Shown one piece after another: positions 57,481 to 64,000 of a stretch of 64,000 nt of DNA. Source of the stretch: Candidatus Eiseniibacteriota bacterium (GTDB taxonomy: Bacteria; Eisenbacteria; RBG-16-71-46; CAVPCR01); contig CAWGMA010000001.1 of the NCBI GenBank assembly GCA_963823555.1, forward strand, positions 224,001 to 288,000. The letters are read 5' to 3'. The translations under genes were made by a program, and so were the position numbers. Below the pieces are notes generated by a model. It made no database searches. It was not told the origin of the DNA and saw only the letters and a list, made by a program, of their open reading frames with translations. Each line of letters begins with the position of its first letter. The stretch's first letter is position 1.

Positions 57481-58983
57481 ATGAGCACGCAGGCGATGGT
57501 GGCTACCGAGTACCAGAACTTCATCGGAGGGCGCTGGGTGCCGGCGACCTCGGGCCGCAAGTTCGAGAACCGCAATCCAGCCCGTCACGACGAGATCGTT
57601 GGCACCTTTCCCCAATCGGGCCCCGAGGATGTCAACAAGGCCGTCGAGGCGGCAAGCAAGGCCTACGCGAGCTGGCGGCTCGTGCCGGCCCCGAAGCGCG
57701 CCGAGTTGCTCATGGCCGTCGGCCTCCGCATGACCGAGCGCAAGGACGAGATGGCGCGGATCATGACCCGCGAGATGGGGAAGGTCCTCCTCGAGACCCG
57801 CGGTGATGTGCAGGAAGGTATCGACACCGCCTTCTACATGGCGGGGGAGGGGCGGCGCCTGTACGGTGATACGACGCCATCCGAGCTACCCAACAAGCTC
57901 GCGATGTCCGTGCGGCAGCCGATCGGAGTCTGCGGTCTCATCACACCCTGGAACTTTCCGCTCGCCATTCCCACCTGGAAGCTCTTCCCGGCTCTGGTCT
58001 GCGGCAACACGGCGGTCATGAAGCCCGCCTCGGACACACCGGCCTCGGTGGCCGAGCTGGGACGCGTTCTCGATGAATGCGGCATTCCTCCCGGCGTCGT
58101 CAACATCGTGCACGGGTCGGGCCGCGATGTCGGGAGCCCCATCGTCGAGCATCCCGGCGTGCGTCTTATCTCGTTCACCGGCTCCTCGGAGGCCGGGATG
58201 GCGATCGGGGGCAAGTGCGGTGAGCGCTTGAAGCGTTGTTCGCTCGAGCTGGGCGGGAAGAACGCTCAGATCGTGATGGCGGACGGCGATCTCGACCTGG
58301 CTCTCGAAGGTGCTCTGTGGGGAGCCTTCGGTACCACCGGCCAGCGCTGCACGGCGACCAGTCGCCTCATCCTCGACCGGCCGATCGCCAAGCAAGTGAC
58401 CGAGATGATCGTCGAGAGGGCACGGAAGCTGCGTCTCGGGGATGGCCTCGACCCGCAGGTCCAGGTGGGGCCGGTGATCAACGAAAAGGCCCGCCAGGGG
58501 ATCCACGAGTACGTCGAGATCGGGAAGCGTGAGGGGGCGCGGCTCCTCACCGGCGGCCAGGTGGCCGCGGAAGGTGATCTGGCCCGCGGCTGGTTCTACC
58601 AGCCGACCGTGTTCGCCGATGTCACGCCTGGCATGCGCATCGCCCAGGAGGAGATCTTCGGCCCGGTGCTCTCGATCCTGGTCGTCGACGGATTCGAAGA
58701 GGCCATCGAGGTGCTCAACGGCACACGTTACGGCCTTTCTTCTTCGATCTACACGCGCGACGTGAACGCTGCCATGCGCGCCATCCGTGACATCGAAGCC
58801 GGCATCACCTACGTGAACGGGCCGACGATCGGAGCCGAGGTGCATCTTCCCTTCGGCGGGGTCAAGGACACCGGGAACGGCCACCGCGAGGCGAGCCACA
58901 CCGTGCTCGATATCTTCAGCGAGTGGAAGGCGGTCTATGTCGACTACTCGGGCAAGCTGCAGCGGGCCCAGATCGACACTTAA
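57481..58983 (+). CDS. Aldehyde dehydrogenase family protein
   Basis: ITPWNFP, FTGS, ELGGKN, GQRCT, EEIFGP and PFGG. Confidence 0.95.
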   Translation: MSTQAMVATEYQNFIGGRWVPATSGRKFENRNPARHDEIVGTFPQSGPEDVNKAVEAASKAYASWRLVPAPKRAELLMAVGLRMTERKDEMARIMTREMGKVLLETRGDVQEGIDTAFYMAGEGRRLYGDTTPSELPNKLAMSVRQPIGVCGLITPWNFPLAIPTWKLFPALVCGNTAVMKPASDTPASVAELGRVLDECGIPPGVVNIVHGSGRDVGSPIVEHPGVRLISFTGSSEAGMAIGGKCGERLKRCSLELGGKNAQIVMADGDLDLALEGALWGAFGTTGQRCTATSRLILDRPIAKQVTEMIVERARKLRLGDGLDPQVQVGPVINEKARQGIHEYVEIGKREGARLLTGGQVAAEGDLARGWFYQPTVFADVTPGMRIAQEEIFGPVLSILVVDGFEEAIEVLNGTRYGLSSSIYTRDVNAAMRAIRDIEAGITYVNGPTIGAEVHLPFGGVKDTGNGHREASHTVLDIFSEWKAVYVDYSGKLQRAQIDT

Positions 58984-58991
58984 GGCGAGGC

Positions 58992-60077
58992 ATGGTGGAG
59001 ACATCATCGGTGCTGGTCACCGTCGCGCGCTCCGGCGAACTGGAGTCGGTGCATCGCGGCATGATTGCTGTGGCCGATGGCGACGGGCGTCTCATCGCCC
59101 ATGTTGGGTCGACCGATCGTCCGTTCTACTTCCGTTCCTCGGCCAAGCCGATCCAGCTCTTGCCCACCGTCGAGACCGGAGCTGCCGATCGCTTCGGGTT
59201 GAAGGAACGCGAACTATCCGCGGCGGCTTCATCGCATTCCGGGGCTCCGGAGCATGTCGAGGCCGCCCAGGAGATCCTCAGCCGGGTGGGCATCGGTACC
59301 GAGCGCCTCGGCTGCGGCTATCAGGAACCACGCAATCGCGATAGCCTACGTCTGGTGATGCAGCGGAACGGGCATGCCATGGCGGGCTTTGACGGAGCGG
59401 AGAAAGCGGTTGCCACGGCGGGGAGCCCGGATGACCCGTTCTCCCCTCTCTACAACAACTGCTCCGGCAAGCACGCGGCGATGCTGGCGTTGAGCGCTCA
59501 CCTCGGCGTCGACCCGGAGGGATACCTGGATCCGGAGCACCCGGCTCAGTCCTTGATCCTCGATCGGACCTGCGAGCTGGCCGGTCTCTCGCGGCGGGCC
59601 GTGCGCTTCGGCACGGACGGCTGCAGCGCCCCGACGCTCTATGCGCCGCTCGGCGCCTTCGCCGCCGCCTTCGGGAGACTGGCGCGCTTGATCCGGTCGA
59701 ACCAGGCGGGGCCTGCGGCCCGGATCCAGGTGGCGATGGCCGTGAGGCCGGACATGCTCGGGGAGCCGGGGAGCTTCAATGTGGTCCTGATGTCGGTTCT
59801 CGGTAGCCGTCTGATCGGCAAGGGTGGAGCGGAAGGCCTGTTCTGTGTTGCCGTGCCCCAGGCGGATCTGGGCTTCGCCGTCCGGGTCGAGGACGGAACA
59901 TCACGGGCAATCGGCACGGTGGTGCTGGAAGTGCTGCTCCAGCTTGGAGTCGTGCGCGAGGATGAGTTCGGATTCCTCGAGCACATGCATCGGCCGCAGC
60001 TCAGGAACTGGCGCGGCACCATTGTCGGACAGCTCGAGCCGATCTTCGCGCTCGAGCGAGCAGGGACATCCCGCTAG
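58992..60077 (+). CDS. L-asparaginase II family (Rhizobium etli-type)
   Basis: RSSAKP, SSHSG, NNCSGKHA, DGCSAP and KGGAEG. Confidence 0.9.
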   Translation: MVETSSVLVTVARSGELESVHRGMIAVADGDGRLIAHVGSTDRPFYFRSSAKPIQLLPTVETGAADRFGLKERELSAAASSHSGAPEHVEAAQEILSRVGIGTERLGCGYQEPRNRDSLRLVMQRNGHAMAGFDGAEKAVATAGSPDDPFSPLYNNCSGKHAAMLALSAHLGVDPEGYLDPEHPAQSLILDRTCELAGLSRRAVRFGTDGCSAPTLYAPLGAFAAAFGRLARLIRSNQAGPAARIQVAMAVRPDMLGEPGSFNVVLMSVLGSRLIGKGGAEGLFCVAVPQADLGFAVRVEDGTSRAIGTVVLEVLLQLGVVREDEFGFLEHMHRPQLRNWRGTIVGQLEPIFALERAGTSR

Positions 60078-60162
60078 CGGCCCGGGTGGGGCGAAGGCAC
60101 CCCAGCGCGTCCTCGAGCCAGCGGCTTCTTCAGGACACTCTTCAGTGGAGTGCAAGCGAACG

Positions 60163-62967
<2,805 letters not shown>

Positions 62968-62983
62968 CCGCGTGTGCGAGGAG

Positions 62984-63020
62984 GCTTCCCACCCGTTGTG
63001 TGGCAAGAACGGTGGGAAGC
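62984..63020. other. Intergenic hairpin after ppdK
   Basis: 10-bp stem gcttcccacc/ggtgggaagc with no U tract. Confidence 0.45.
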
Positions 63021-63040
63021 TTCCCGGCCGTTCGAATCCC

Positions 63041-63733
63041 ATGCGTTCCACGACCGTCATCATTCCCGCCCTCGATGAGGAGGCGGCCGTGGGCACGGTG
63101 GTGAGCGCGGTGCGCGATCCCCGGGTCGGCGAGGTGATCGTCGTCGACAACGGCTCGACCGATCGGACCGCGGAGGTGGCGCGTGCTCATGGGGCCACGG
63201 TGGTGCTCGAGCCCGAGCGCGGCTATGGCGCCGCCTGTTTGCGTGGCATCGCGACGGCTGCGCAACGGCCCACCACTCCCTTTGCCATCGCCTTCATCGA
63301 TGCCGACTGCGCTGACGATCCCGCCGAGCTTCCGCTTCTTCTCGATCCGCTCTATGCAGGGTCGGCGGATCTCGTCATCGGCTCGCGAGTGGCGCGGGCG
63401 GCGCCCGGGGCGTTGACCATCCAGGCTCGTTTCGGCAACTGGCTGGCAACGTCACTCATCCGTCTCCGGTTCGGCTTTCTCTACACCGATCTCGGTCCCT
63501 TCCGGGCGCTGACGTGGGACGCGCTCGCGCAGCTCGAGATGGCGGATCGCTCCTACGGGTGGACGGTCGAGATGCAGGTGCGCGCGCTCAAGCGCCGGCT
63601 CAGGGCGCGCGAGGTTCAGGTGAGCTACCGCCCGCGGGTGGGGAAGTCGAAGATCTCCGGCACGGTTCGCGGCGTCGTGGGAGCGGGCACCAAGATCCTG
63701 TGGACGATCGGTCGTGAGGCGATGACAGGCTGA
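63041..63733 (+). CDS. GT2 family glycosyltransferase
   Basis: IIPALDEE, VDNGSTD, RGYGAAC, DAD, TDLGPFRA, YGWTVEMQ and GKSKISGT. Confidence 0.9.
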   Translation: MRSTTVIIPALDEEAAVGTVVSAVRDPRVGEVIVVDNGSTDRTAEVARAHGATVVLEPERGYGAACLRGIATAAQRPTTPFAIAFIDADCADDPAELPLLLDPLYAGSADLVIGSRVARAAPGALTIQARFGNWLATSLIRLRFGFLYTDLGPFRALTWDALAQLEMADRSYGWTVEMQVRALKRRLRAREVQVSYRPRVGKSKISGTVRGVVGAGTKILWTIGREAMTG

Positions 63734-63962
63734 ACAGAGCGCTGCTGCTCCCGTCGTGTGCCACCTCAGCGCGTCGATGGGCTGAGCCAATTGACCCAAT
63801 GGTGGCGTCCGATCTCCCGTAGCGGATGGTCTTCAATCCCCAGGGATCGCCAATGCCGACCCGGATCAGGTATGATCAATGAGGGTCCATGGCGAAGGTG
63901 GCGGGCGTGCATCAACCGGGTGCCGCTGCACCCCGCATGAGATCCGTTGCGCAAGGTGAGCG

Positions 63963-64000
63963 ATGTTCAAGCGCGAGCTAATCGAGGAGCTCAAGGCGCA
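63963..64000 (+). CDS. Possible start of next gene (partial)
   Basis: aaggtg RBS-like sequence, then MFKRELIEELKA open to the window edge. Confidence 0.3.
   Translation, partial: MFKRELIEELKA

Noticed and set aside
63025..63045. tRNA T-loop-like GTTCGAATCCC
   Set aside because: The flanks do not form a T-stem or cloverleaf.

Overview
This is a high-GC (roughly two-thirds G+C by eye), gene-dense chromosomal window from a diderm bacterium. The 'TWGRIKA' tail, FlgD/T9SS-like C-terminal domains and Ig-type lipoproteins suggest Ca. Eisenbacteria/Latescibacterota or a related FCB-affiliated lineage (inference only). In order it contains: the end of nuoD joined directly to nuoHIJKLMN with no nuoEFG in between; a peptidase-PD40-BamA-type outer-membrane protein; queD-folE-mdh; glycosyltransferases and mobA; an iron locus (fur, feoB, an 8-Cys mini-protein, a DtxR-FeoA regulator, a porin, an FMN-binding protein and a cytochrome-b-like/ApbE fusion); an orphan YbbR/CdaR gene; and an unannotated ~135-nt structured RNA candidate with its own sigma70 promoter and U8 end. 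These are followed by HU, ltaE, split NAD synthetase, rsmI, a CDP-alcohol phosphatidyltransferase with ino1, tmk, ctpA, larB, larC and a double ECF ATPase. Next is an ~18-kb cell-surface locus: a divergent two-parvulin PPIase with CxxC, a ~620-nt structured leader, a 1165-aa Cys-rich secreted protein, a degenerate copy of its sorting domain, three related lipoproteins, a second CTD protein, a GT2 and two GT-C. The window ends with an aldehyde dehydrogenase, an asparaginase II, ppdK and a GT2. Three single-base frameshifts (nuoH, the BamA-type gene, a lipoprotein) look like sequencing indels. I saw no mobile elements, CRISPR arrays, tRNA or rRNA. The most promising undescribed items are the surface locus, the flavinylation-linked Feo locus and the small RNA. 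All family calls come from recognising motifs by eye; no searches were run.
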